This document shows, one piece after another, positions 1-12,783 of a DNA stretch of 64,000 bases. The translations under genes and the position numbers were made by a program. This DNA comes from Hormiphora californensis. Taxonomy: Eukaryota; Animalia; Ctenophora. Within the stretch, counting starts at the first letter, position 1, and each line of letters begins with the position of its first letter. The notes under the pieces are model-generated. The model was not told the DNA's origin, ran no database searches, and saw nothing but the letters and a program-made list of their open reading frames with translations. The DNA lies in the NCBI GenBank assembly GCA_020137815.1, contig CM035355.1, positions 5,208,001-5,272,000 of the forward strand, given 5' to 3'.

Positions 1-946
1 TAATCCTGTCAGCAGTACTGCTAAATATCCAGTCATGAGTATGTAGAGGAGATAGTTATACTATGTAGAAGAGAGAGATATACTATTATATTGTAAAGGA
101 GAGAGATATTATGTAGAAATATCAAATATCGACGGTTTGACGGAATATGTTGCCACCTCATCAACCCTTACAACACTTCACACCATGCTCCTTCGTGAGG
201 TCAATGAATTGATGAGGTGGTAAAGGATCCCGGGGTACTGGGGTAGATCTCCGTCTCCCTTGTGTGGCTCACACCGTGCTCTGTGAGGGTTCGGTAGATC
301 TCCGCGTCTCCCTTGTGTGGCTCACACCGCGCTCTGTGAGGGTTCGGTAGATCCCTGTCTCCCATAATCAGCGGGTGTTGAAGGAGAGAGGAATTGATAC
401 TACTTTACACCAAAGTTGGGCAATCGAATAAATATTGGCGTCAAAATGACTCAAGTTAGGGGGATGAGTAGCCGTAGTGTTAATGATTCTTGGAAATCCA
501 AGGTTTTTTATTGAAATCAAGTCTAGTCGACTGCTACTAATACATAAAGTCTAGTCGGCGCATTTGCTGCTAACATCAAGTCTAGTCGGTAGTGGCTATA
601 GTAATTACAAGTCTAGTCGGAGACGTACTAGGTTTCTTTATGGCACCACACCTCTAAGTTGGCGATAAAAAGATTGCAAAGGAAAGACTTCTCCTGTTCA
701 ACTTTGATATTCATCGTTCAATGTCTAGTTATATTGAGTTGGCTATGGCCTATGGGAAAGTAGGGTACCTAATTAGACCCGACACAATAACCCAATGAAT
801 TGAATACAAATCCCATCACATACATGTTATAATAGTAGTCCCGTTTATCTTTCCCCGTTTGTTGCCAAGTCCATTTGTTTCCCAGTCCGTTTGTTTCTAG
901 TGGGTCTGTCCTCTCTAACCCCCTCTCCCCTCCTTCCAGTGAAGCA

Positions 947-3900
947 ATGGTTACAGATCCACCACTAACGACTCTTACCTGGGACCAACACGCTATTCCA
1001 TGGGTTGATATCATGTTGGCACTATTTTGTATCCTCCTAACCCTGGTGTCTACATGTGGTAACGCAGTGGCCATCAGATCCATATTAAAACTAAAGGCAA
1101 AGTAAGTAACTCCAAGTAACGTTGTCCCAATCTAGAGCTATATTCTTCATTTCTTGTTGAGCTCCCTGAAACTTAATTCTCCCTTTTTTCAGGCGGTTCA
1201 CAGATCGGAATAATCTCGGTTCCCTAACGTTGGTGATATTTCTAAATTTAGCAACATGTGATTTCCTTCAGACCCTCCTTTCTGCTCCATTTGCATCCCT
1301 CATGCTGTTCAACGGCCGAGTGGTAAGTGGGCGACAGTGAGAGAGATATAGTTTACCTCTTCTGCCCCTCGGCCCCTAAAATAATTTACCCGCCCCTGCA
1401 ACATGACTAAGTTGGAGGACTAAATTAGGAAAAAGGCAAGGATGATTCAATGTTAGTTTAGTTGATCTTAATCCCTGCAATTATATGATCCCTATTTTGC
1501 TTGCTAGACATCTCTTTGTCGGGTTGTAAGCCCATCAAGCCCCTACAGTCCCTCTGAAACATATTACAGTCACTGCCCTTTGGCAATCTTCCAGGCCCCA
1601 GAAATATTACTGCCCTTTGGCCCATGGTCTTTACATGAGTCATGACAATCTCTAGGCCCTATTCAGTAACTACCCCAAGTCTAACCCCCCTCTCTCCTCT
1701 CCCTCAGCAACCCTCTCTCTACCCCAAATCTAAACATCTCTCTCCTCCCACAGCAAGCCGGAGTGTCACCCCAAATCTAACCCTCTCTCTCCTCCCACAG
1801 CAAGCTGGAGTGTCACCCCGAACAGAAGCAGCCCTTTGCAACATTGCCGGTGTATGCTACTTCATAATGTCCCGTGCTAGTATTAGTATTGTGGCTGTTC
1901 TTTCCCTGGTGCGGTGTTATGTGATCCTGAGGCCAATGAACCATCATAGTGTGGTGAACTGGAAGAATGTCATGAGTAAGTGGGTGCAGGGACTGTTGTA
2001 ATAATTGACAATTGTTAGGGCTTAATTTGGGAACTGGGAAGGTAGGGGAGCTTGTAAAATTGGGGCACTTAGTAAATTTCTTGACTAATTTTTGTATCTA
2101 GCACGTACGTGATGGAGTTTGGTATGATCTTTGCCGGTTGGTGATCTTATGGAATGATAATGATTATTCAAAACTAGGTTTATTAGGTCATACTCCAAAT
2201 ACTCATCTACAAATTTAGAGTTTTGGCGGAAATGTTAAAATCATTATGACAAATTCCACAATTCCCTAACTCAAGTTACATTTTTAACATTTCCATCATC
2301 AACGATAAAGTTGGGGGATTCGTGACTCACAATGTGAGACTCTCCAAGGGATAAAATCAGACTTGGGTGAACTGGGGATGAACTAACTAACTTCCTCTCC
2401 CCTCACTACCCTCTTTAACAACTCCCTCTCCCTTCAGTTGCACTAGGTGTGGTATGGTTTACAGCTACCTTTCTCTCTGCCATCCCCTTTATGTTCGGAG
2501 GTACCTACCGCTACTGGAGGATCTACCCCATGTGTGAATGGGACACACTAGAGGTAGGTCATACTTCTGACAAGTAGCATAGATTATAATTAGCCGGATA
2601 TGAGATTCTGGTTCCCCCTAACTTCAGTTTCACTCCCTGCTAGATACCAAGTCAGCTCCTTTTGTTGACAATATTTTGCCCCCCATGTCCACTAATACCA
2701 TCTCTCTAAACTATTCCCCCCCCCCCCCCAGACCATGTTTCCATGGAAGATGGGTCCCATAACCCTGGCCATTGCTGTCACTATTGTCTACGTTACCCCC
2801 TTCCTCCTTCCTGGATTTGTCGTTATAACATCCTCTCTCGTCACTGTTGGCGCGCTTCTCTGGGCACGACACCGCAAAATGGTAAGTCCTAACTTGTAAC
2901 TTAGCTGGGTCGAGAAAAGTAAGTCTCTTCACCGGGTTTAGTTCATTTTTATACAACTTTTAGTTTGGATTAAAGGAACTTGTCTTTTCTGGAGGGTTAT
3001 TATTAGTGTAATCGGTATATTGCATATACTGTAACAGGCTATTATAGTTTAGTAAGAAGTAGGATACTTCAACTTGTGTTGGTACTTGGCATTCACTATT
3101 TTAATGAGCTGTTAGGATATGTACACAGTTTATACAAAACATTATATTCCATATTGTTGCTCTAAAACACTTGCCTTGTTCAACCTTGAACCCTCTCTCA
3201 CAAAATATGTAAAGGAAGGTTATAACACTGTTCATGTCAGGGTTTATGTAAACCTAAACTGCAGCTACAGCAGTTATCACTTCTGTAAACTCCGTGCGGT
3301 TTATAACAGTACCCTATAAAGTTCTAATTTAAGAAATAAGTTTAGTACGGCCACTACTGCAGTACAGACTACATACATACTTCCTAGAACTGCATTGTTC
3401 ACACTCACTACTACTATAGCCTTGGAATGTGCTGCACCACTGGGCTATATTGTTCTCTAGAACAATCTATTATTTAGGTTAAACTAGACGCAGTTTAGTT
3501 CACTTCCGCGGAACTCACACACTCTACATAAAATAAGAAGTCCCACATACTAAAACACAAGTGTTGCACGTGCAGTTGTTGCTGTTACAGTACGTGACAT
3601 ACAGAACACAATTGTGTGTATCACTCACTCTAGTTTCACATTTAGGACATGTGTATCATTATAATATCACTCACTCTAGCTTCACGTTGTGTATCTCACA
3701 AGATAGCTTCACTTTTTAGAAAGTATTAGTATGTATGATGTGGGACAACTTCTGCAGTCTGCTACAATATGACTATAGCTTCACTTTAGGACATGTTTAT
3801 CTCACTTCAGAAAGTTCTTCTTCTACTTCAAAATGACCTCTTGACGGACCCCTCCTAACTACTCACAGCTTATTCACAAGCAGAGTGACGACAGCTACTC

Positions 3901-5633
3901 TCTGTGTGTGTCAGTGTGATAAACTGCACTTTGTATAACACCAGATATTACTCGACATTCTCTCATGCAGTGATAATGACCTGAGACAATCTGTCCATGA
4001 TGTGTTAATCTAAAACTCACTTGAGTACCCCAGCTCTTGCACGTGCATGATAGTGTACCAAAAAGCGTACGAGAAAACCGAAATTTTGGAAGGGCACCGA
4101 CGTACCCAATATAATCTCCGGGTAAGTAATTCCTTTATCCCCCCTCAGATTGCCACAACTAAACGCCAGTACAGTGCCGTATCGGATACCTCCAAATCTA
4201 TCTCCCGGAAGCAGCTTAGTGCGGCCATAACCACTCTTATGATTGTTACAGTTTTCATCGGATGTTACGGTAATAATATTTAGTGATATTTTTCTCATGG
4301 CTAGAATTATAATTATTCGATCAGTGCCAATATTTTCAGTAGAACTGTAGATTGTAGAACCCTCCTCATCGAATCTCCATGGTTAATATGGTCTTTACTT
4401 ATCATCTATTATTAACCAATATCAACCAATACTAACCAATATTCCCACAATTACCAGGTATGTGGTGGTGGAACAGTCTGATGTATCTGTTGTGGAAGGC
4501 TGGGCTATTCCCAACTACCGCTGGAGATGACGGGTTCATCTTTACAGAGACATACGGTACGTGCCAAATTTAGCTACTCCATCATGATCTCCCTCCTGCA
4601 GCCGTGCAGATCGGCTGTAATTCTGTGCTCTTTTTATCTTTGAACTACGTGTGTCTTTCTTTCTTTCTGTCTTTCTTTTTCCTTCTCTCTCTCTCTCTCT
4701 CTCTCTCTCCTTCTCGGCATTATGTACAAAACAAGCAGAGCTAATTTTCCAGTAGTATGGAATATCAAGGGAGCCACCGTATTCATAACATACTTAGAGA
4801 AAGAGAGAGAGAGAGATGAAGAGCTAGATAGGAAAGGTGGAGATAGCGAAATAGAATCTGATTGTGGACAGTTTGTTAAACTTCTAATTACCAAGATACT
4901 AAGACATGAACAGCTCCATCTATTTTCACCACCTGCTGAGTGCTTATAGTGCCTTTCATAATTCATTCCATCCTCCCACTCACTCAATTAACCCTGAACC
5001 CTCCCTGAACCCTCCCCACTACCCACTTGTTGAGTAACTTTCTCGTTCAATTAAGTAACAACACCTCTTATAGGTGAGACAGGGTACGTGTATGTTGCAA
5101 CTATGGGTGGCCTACTTCTCATCTATCTAAACAGTGCACTCAACCCTATCATCTATTACTGCCGGATCTTCAGCAAGAACAGTTCAGATTATAAAACCAG
5201 CTCCAGCGGCCCTAAGGTAGGTCGGAACATATGATTTTTTGACAAAGGCAGAGAAGACTTGCCTAGTTATGTTTCTCTCTCTCATTCCGAATGTTTTGTT
5301 ACATTGACGCCAGACGCCAGTGGTACTGTGTTTTTACTGGTACATCCACTGCACTGATATTATTTCGGTATTCAGCTGATCTACTTTTACTCAAACTGAT
5401 ATTTGGGCTTAGTGCCAATAATAATGACCTAATATATAATCCATCCAGCATGACCGATATATCTACTAAAACTCCATATTTCCCAGGGCCACCAATCCTC
5501 GAGCTCTATCGAGTACAGACACAGTGTGGCCAGTGTGGGGGTCAGGGTTTCTTCCAATACTGAGGGAGAAAAGATGCTGGATACCTTAATGGAGAGGGAT
5601 GAAAGTCCGGTTACAAGTGATTCAATGGCTTAG
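947..5633 (+). CDS. Rhodopsin-family (class A) GPCR, 9 coding exons
   Basis: GT-AG exons ~947-1101, 1193-1322, 1801-1975, 2438-2553, 2732-2881, 4149-4269, 4458-4556, 5074-5216 and 5487-5633 splice in frame. Motifs: TM1 GN (TCGNAV), TM2 NLATCD, TM3 Cys and SLVRCY (DRY position), TM4 Trp/IPF, ECL2 Cys, TM5 FLLP, TM7 NSALNPIIY. Confidence 0.9.
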
Positions 5634-7138
5634 AGAGGGACATTTGGATTGGAGAGAGAAGGAGAAAGAGTGCTGGGGAGTGAGAGAGAAATTCGCCACC
5701 ATGTGACTGTATTTAACGTTGTGTGTAGCAATCAATCAATCATTGTGTAGCATAGACACAGGATAGTTTGATTGACAAGTGATTGACGAAGTATTTCAGA
5801 ACAAGACTAGTATTTTGGATGTCAGAGCATTGGCCTGACAATATTTTGGTATTTCTCAGCACGTTCTAGCATCTGATTAGTACTGAATTGCTAGATATGT
5901 AAATATTTTCCTACACTGTTTATTGTTTAAAACGTGCAAAGGGAAGAAAAACCAACTTATTTTTGTCTTTAAAAAAGATTTGATATCGCAATATAGCGTA
6001 GTGTTATATAGTTCTATCGACATTGGAATTATTATTTTTCTTGGTTTTAAAACAAGGTTTAGATCTGTAGACTGCCCGTAATATGTATTCAGTTGTGTGT
6101 TTGGTTTTTAACTTGTATAAAAAACGACGTGTTTTACGTTTCAAAATTGACAATATTACCATATGGCATTATGACCTTAGACCCGTCTCCTTGTCTCCAC
6201 TCTCCAGTTTTATTAACTGTGGAAAATTGCAGCAGTTCTTTGGAAGCACGGATCATTTAGAAACTTGTGTGCCGTGGAATTTAGGATCTAGAATGCGTGG
6301 GAAATAGATTTGGAATGACAATCAAAATTAGGAATTTGTAGTGTGAGAACTGTCACCAAGATAATAGTAGTTGATATCATTTATAGCCCACAGCCAATAA
6401 ACCTATTGTATCCTGGAACCTATTGTTATAAACGTTAACAAGCTGGTAGCCGATTTCCTTGACGGCTGACGCTAAGCGACCAGTGCAGATTTATCACAAT
6501 CAAATATCTTGAGTTCGCGGTAATCCTGCAACTCTCTCTCTCTCTGAAGCTGCGGTTGCGGTCCACCAACCCAAGATTCCTGAGTTAAACTTCACGCGCA
6601 GTGTGTTCAAAAAGATGAAAGCGTTTATTGTAAGCACTCACCACAACAGAGCTGCCCGCGCGAAAACCATCAGATCTGAGCCGTTCGGATTCGCGCGCGA
6701 CGTCAAAACACAAAACTTTCCTCCATCTACCGCGCCGTGATATTCATGTTTTGAAAAGGCGGTAGTGCCACTTCCCGTGGCATTTTATCAAGATTAAAGA
6801 GTCCGAAATATATGCAGTGAAACAGGTAACAGCGATAATGGATTTTATAATATCGTTCGATGAGTCTCTTGGGTATCATGGCTCCATATAACGAATGATA
6901 CATACTTTATTCCAGGGGCTGCTCTGGCCGGGTGTCCATGGCCACTCTATAGGTCGCGAGCTGCCCCCGCTTTATTCAGCCCGACATACCACTGCAAGTC
7001 CCTCGCTCAAGCCGCTGTGATAAACCGGTCGTTGTAAGGGACAGGGTAGCCTTAACAATCCGCCAATCCACCGTCCTCCACCCGGTCATAACGTATTTGA
7101 ATTTACCGGCCCATCATATGCTCTATAAATTCCTGTCA

Positions 7139-7742
7139 GGCTATAAGCATACTGATCGTGATGATCATAATCAGTTAAAAAGATGAAGTGTGCTCATGGT
7201 TTTGATCATCATCATCTGCAAAAAACTGCAGTGTGCGCAACATTATGATCATCACGTAAGAGCTGGCCCTGGAGCCGTCTCTTAAGTTGGATGATGATCA
7301 TCAACACCTAGTGTGCGCACGTTCTGATCTTATTCTTATGGAGGGCTGCACTGTAGTCATGTGACATGTACCACGTGGTACGACTTCGCGCGCACGAGAG
7401 GCTGTTGTACAGGTCACATGATATGCAACAGCCTCTCAGAGCGCGCGACTAGGCAAGAGGAGGCAAGGGGGAGATAGCATCATCATGCTGAGCACACTGG
7501 TCATGATGATCATGATCAAAAGGCAAGTTCCAACAAGTTGAGTATGGTTTATGATGATCAAACCTGCGCACACTATGGTTTATGATGATCAAACGTGAAC
7601 ACACTATGGTTTGAGAGCATCATGATGCATCAAGCCTCCATCATGATGATAACCATCAGTGTGAGCGCTTCTTTGATGGTGACCATCAAAATCTCCGCAC
7701 ACTGACCTGATTATGATCATCACGATCAGTATGCTTATAGCC
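7139..7742. mobile_element. PIF/Harbinger-type MITE
   Basis: 36-bp perfect TIR GGCTATAAGCATACTGATCGTGATGATCATAATCAG, 3-bp TCA direct repeat on both flanks, internal TGATGATCA sub-repeats. Confidence 0.8.
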
Positions 7743-8736
7743 TCAGAGCATTGGCCTGACCCTTTGCTCAGAGAAGTATTGGCCTGATAGACGATAGTAT
7801 GTATGGCATAACCCTATGTAGTCTCGTTAACTAGTTAACTACAACGACAAACTACACTGGATGTAGAATGAGGCCCTATATATGTACCAACTTATAATAT
7901 TGCAGTAACTCTCTCAACTATCCTATCTCACTCCATCTCATTCCTGCAGCACAATTATCCCATATCCATACAAAATGTGACAATCGACATGAAATGTACC
8001 AAAATACAACACTTCCTGGTCAAACCCTTTGAGGGAGGCCCATGGTTAAACCCCTGGAGAGTGGTCAGTGGAGGCCCAAGGTCAAACCCCTGGAGAGTGG
8101 TCAGTGGAGGCCATTAAGTTGAGGGAGAGGGAGACTCTCCCGTTTTCTACCTGTCCCTCTTGGTAGCTGGCTAAATACCAAGATCCTGTGCAAGAGTTCT
8201 GAGTTCATGTATTGGACCAAGCTCGAAAAAGAGGATAAATATGCGACATAGAATTAAATTACGCGGGGCTGGAATTATCAAGTAAAACAGGATTTGTTTG
8301 GATAGTCTGCTAAGTCTCAACTCCTGAAATACCGGATTTTGTTTGGATAAGAGCTGCAAATGAATCTTATCTCCCGCTCTCCAGCATGATCTGAACCCCA
8401 GTCCCCAACACGTTAAACCGGATTTGTTTACATAAGGCGGAAAATAGAGAGCAGAACTGGATTTATGGGGTTTTGTAAAAAAAGATAAGTCTTGCTGTGA
8501 AAATACAGAACAATGATAAGAGCAGCTCACCTCGGAAAAATAGAGGGAAATATAGAGGTCAAAAACTTTTCATCAATATCAGTTTATCTCATGATTATGT
8601 CTCAAGCAGGAAAAATAACTTTTATTCACAAACGCTGAATAGTTTAAACAAACGAAATAGGTCAACTGTTTTTCTTTACTGTTGTCAATAAAAATTTTGG
8701 GTCTAAAATTCAGTCCATAACAATTAACACACACAT

Positions 8737-11700
8737 TCAGCAGGACACGTCAGCAGATCTTGTCCCACTTTCTCGATCATCTATATTCCCAATCACGTCG
8801 TCCAAAAAGTCCCACAAACTTGTCGCTGAGGGGGGGGGGGGGCGTTAGGGTTGTTTTGTTCCAACAGGGGGGGGGTGCGGAGACAGAGGGTCGGACAGGG
8901 CAGGGTTAGGGCAGGGTAGAGCGGAGAGAATGGGTGAAATAAAATTATCTCACAGAAGTTTGAGAAAAGAGAAAGGGCCTAAAGTTCCTAACGAAGGTCA
9001 TTAATTATGCTAGGGGAGGTTGAGAAAAATTCAGCCAGGATGACTTTATCGTGTGAGCAGCAGTCCCCACAATTAAAGTACTCCCCAAACTACTATGTCC
9101 CTCACTCGGGTTTTGTGAAATTTCCCACGGTCATAATTCCACTCCAATGAGATAAAGACTTGAAATTTGTTTTGTAGGAAGAACTCGACATGATCTCCTC
9201 ACAAAACAAATTTCAAGTCTCTATCTCATCAGGGGGTGGAGCTATGGCCGTCTAAAATCCGGTCGCGCGCAGCAAGGGACATAATAGTTTGGGAGGACCT
9301 TTAATGAGGGCCGGGGGATATTTTCGTGGTTCATTTCAACAAGATGAGCAATCCGTATGGGGATGGAGAAAAGCCAGAGACAGGAGACTTTGCTGTATCC
9401 CCGCATGGTAAGTCACTTACCCTCAATAAAGTCGTTGTCCACTAAACAGATGAGGTAGAGATCGTTAACAATGTGATTCAGCGTCTCTCTTGAGTCGGAT
9501 CCTTCCTCGTACAAGTACCCTGCAAAGGATGGGATCAGATTTTGTTCGAACCCGGTGAGTCAGGTTCGAGAAAGGCAAGGATCAGTTTCATACTTGGTTG
9601 TTTTAATTTGGTTATCCATCTGCCACGGGCCACCCTTACATATAACAGGGTGGCATGCGGCAACTGCATGTTGTAGTATGAAACGTGTATGAATATTGAA
9701 TGATAACAAATGTAAGTATGCAAACAATCGCCGATGTTCGAACTGAATACCACAAACATCGAGAGAATTAGAGAATATGGATAGAGCTCAAAAGACGGCG
9801 ACACAACTGTTATGCTCCTTTCTCGGAACACAATAGTGAAATTACATGCGATATACTACATCGCGCGCATGTAATTGCACTATTGTTAGCTTGTTCACCC
9901 GGGTTTGGAGGGCTGGCGGGGCAGCCCGCGACGCGCGATGACTAGACGAACACGTTCCGAAAATGCAGCATAAAGTACCACAGTTACCACGGGTACTCAC
10001 CCCATTTCTGTTCCCAGAGAGCGAAAGCCTCGTCTTTCCAGATAAGGAATGTCTTGTAGTCAGCAATAGTAGGTTGGATTATCTCTCTGCCAGGGAATAC
10101 TCCCCACGTTAGGGCGATGGGAGTATTCTTCTGGTGATTCGTGTAACTAAGGGTGGAGAGAGAGTTATAGGAAATAGTAGAGAGAATAATAGGAAATAGC
10201 AGAGAGAATGATAGGAAATAGTAGAGAGGGAGAATGATAGAAACAACTTCAGTAAGAGAGACAGCAACATGCGAGATACGAATTCCGTTAGAAGGAAGAG
10301 AAATGCTCTAGTTGGCATATTGCCACACACACCCAACTCACCAGTCACTTCCCTCTTTGTCCGATATTGTGTAACTCAGATCCGGATACTTCGTAATCAG
10401 ATCAATAATCACTTTCGCATCTTTTGACCGTGCAAAAAACTCGATATAGCCCTTTTGGTAGATGTACCCATTTTTCGGACCCCACCCAAAGGTCTGATCA
10501 TTGGATTTAGCTGCATTTACAGCGGGCTGCGAGTTAATTGTGAACATGTAATGTTTGTTCAAGTTCAAGATGTGCTCCTTGATGAGTAGTGTCTCAGATT
10601 GAAGTTGTTCGTAGACCCAAGGTAATGACGTCACTTTGGCTCCGTGTCTGTTGGGTGTATCTTCAAGGAAACACATGAATATCTCTCTTATATCGTCAAT
10701 ATCTCTCACTTCCTCCCCCCACATTTCCAGAGTTTTGGGCTTGTTCACTGGTTTGGACATGTAGAACAGATGGTAATCGTCCAGGTCTCCGAAGGCAGGA
10801 TTGTCGGCTCTCCCCCATCGACCATTTGGGAATTCATCCCAGGTTTTCGTCCGGGTCATGTAGCTCTTAGGTCTCATGGCCCAGTACACAGGCCGGACCT
10901 CTTCAGATGCCAGCCGCTGACTGTTTGCGGTCACCTGCCACGGGAAATGGCGCCTGCTTCTATCCTTGCTATACAGACCAAGATCTTTGACAATGAGGTT
11001 AGGTCCAATCTCTCGGTTCAGGGTATAAATATGCACCCCCGGGCTCAGATTCCGCTCAAAAAGTTGTGAAATGAGGTCCACAGAAAACTGTACACCGATC
11101 TCCCGAACCATTTCATCGTCATCCTTATGTGCTTCGATGTTAGCAAACAGGTCCGGTGGAATTTGTACATTACTGGCCAGATTTTTCAACTTTCTAATTG
11201 TGTCGTAATTCTGGATCGGTAGTATCCCTGCGATGATAGGAACGGTTATTCCCAAGTCCTCACAATCAGAGATAAACTTTTCATACTTCTCTAAATCAAA
11301 CAAAAGTTGGGTGATGACAAAATCTGCTCCTGCTTCAACCTTGTTCTTGAGGTGCTGCAAAGATTCCTCGTAACTCGAATCAGGGTGACCCTCGGGATAA
11401 CCGGCCACTGCGATAACAAACTCGTCCCCGAACTCAGTTCTCATCCATCTTACCAGTTCGGACGCGTAGGGGAAGTCACTGTTTGAGTGGTTATCGCCGG
11501 ATAAAGCTAAGATGTTTCTAATTCCGTGAGATCGGGCTGCTACTAAAATTTCCCGCATATCTGCATGAGTGAGCCCGCTGCTCGTGATGTGAAGCATGAT
11601 CTCAATTCCACAGTAGTTGACCGCTGAGGAGGCAATCGTCATAGAACTGCAGATTTCTTGTGACGCTGACCTCAATCCTGCATGCCATGTGACATCCATG

Positions 11701-12041
11701 AAGAGAGGTTTCCCCTTGTTCATTCTATCCATTCTACTGACCAGATTTGAGGCACCATCTTTAGTGCGAGGTGGAAAGAATTCGAGGCTGTAAAACTTGT
11801 CTTCAGACTTCACCTTTGCTTTGATTTTCTCAATCAGTGTTTGGTCGTGATCGTGGATGTACTCAAACTGTGTAGGAGAGCCACAGTTTTCGAACTTCAT
11901 GTCCGTATCTGTTCCGGCCACTTCCACCTCAAATCTGCCTCCCTCATCCTCCAACAAGAAACCCAAGCTTGGCATAATCAAATGACCCTCAGAAGACTCT
12001 GCAGACGACCTTGAACCAGCAAATGAACTGTAGGACGGCAT
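8737..12041 (-). CDS. MTHFR: Methylenetetrahydrofolate reductase
   Basis: Exons 12041-10342, 10146-10001, 9519-9421 and 8825-8737. Motifs: [74 protein letters not shown]. Confidence 0.97.
9077..9300. mobile_element. Kolobok-like MITE in an MTHFR intron
   Basis: Imperfect TIRs with AG...CT termini flanked by TTAA on both sides. The internal palindrome (GACTTGAAATTT...AAATTTCAAGTC) is shared with the element at 51724. Confidence 0.6.
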
Positions 12042-12314
12042 CTTCAAGCGTTGTTTGGGTCACGCGTGACTTTTGTGAGCAGTTTTGAATTTTCTGAGGG
12101 TTTGAAATTGTCGAAAATTCTAAATTTGTTCGTGCGCGCGCTGTAAAATGTGGGCGCGCAAATAAGATTTTTTACGCCGCGCAACGATTTTTCTACAAAA
12201 AAGTCGAGTTATCGCGTTTTTTTTTCAAAAATGGAACCCACTTTGGAATGCGCTGTAGCCGGGAAACGTTAAAATCTGGGTGCCTTTCATTGCTAACAAT
12301 TCGTAGTTTTGGCG

Positions 12315-12435
12315 CGCGCGACGGGTTAGGGCTATCCGTTAGGGTCTGGTTAGGGTTTGGTTTGGGGTTATCGGACCGATAACCCCAAACCAAACCCTAA
12401 CCAGACCCTAACGGATAGCCCTAACCCGTCGCGCG
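12315..12435. repeat. Perfect 121-bp palindrome with GGTTAGGG motifs
   Basis: Two 60-bp arms (CGCGCGACGGGTTAGGGCTATCC...) around a single A at 12375. Confidence 0.9.
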
Positions 12436-12635
12436 ATAATATCGGTTAGGGCTATCGATTCTCTAACTGATACCGTTTAGTTTACTCAAATCGGCCATGT
12501 GGTTCCATGGCTATAGCCGTTTGAAAAAAGTCGGTCTAAGTATACTCTTTTGGTAGCGCGCACCTGTAAACAGGCTGCAAGGCACCCAGATTATAATCGC
12601 GCCCGCTGCAGCCCCCTCATGTGCGCACCCCCGCA

Positions 12636-12675
<40 letters not shown>

Positions 12676-12739
12676 GAAGAGGAAGAGAGTCCGAGCTCGA
12701 GGTAGTGTGTATGTGAAGAAGTAAGACGAGGGGTTAATA

Positions 12740-12783
12740 AAACACAACTAGTTTCATCAGTCAATCTGAATCCTCAGGTGTTT
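12740..12783 (-). ncRNA. Minimal type I hammerhead ribozyme (inverted copy)
   Basis: Reverse complement of 14732-14775. Confidence 0.75.

Noticed and set aside
240-625. Short direct repeats (~57-bp duplication; AAGTCTAGTCG x4)
   Set aside because: Ordinary local duplications with no coding or structural signal.
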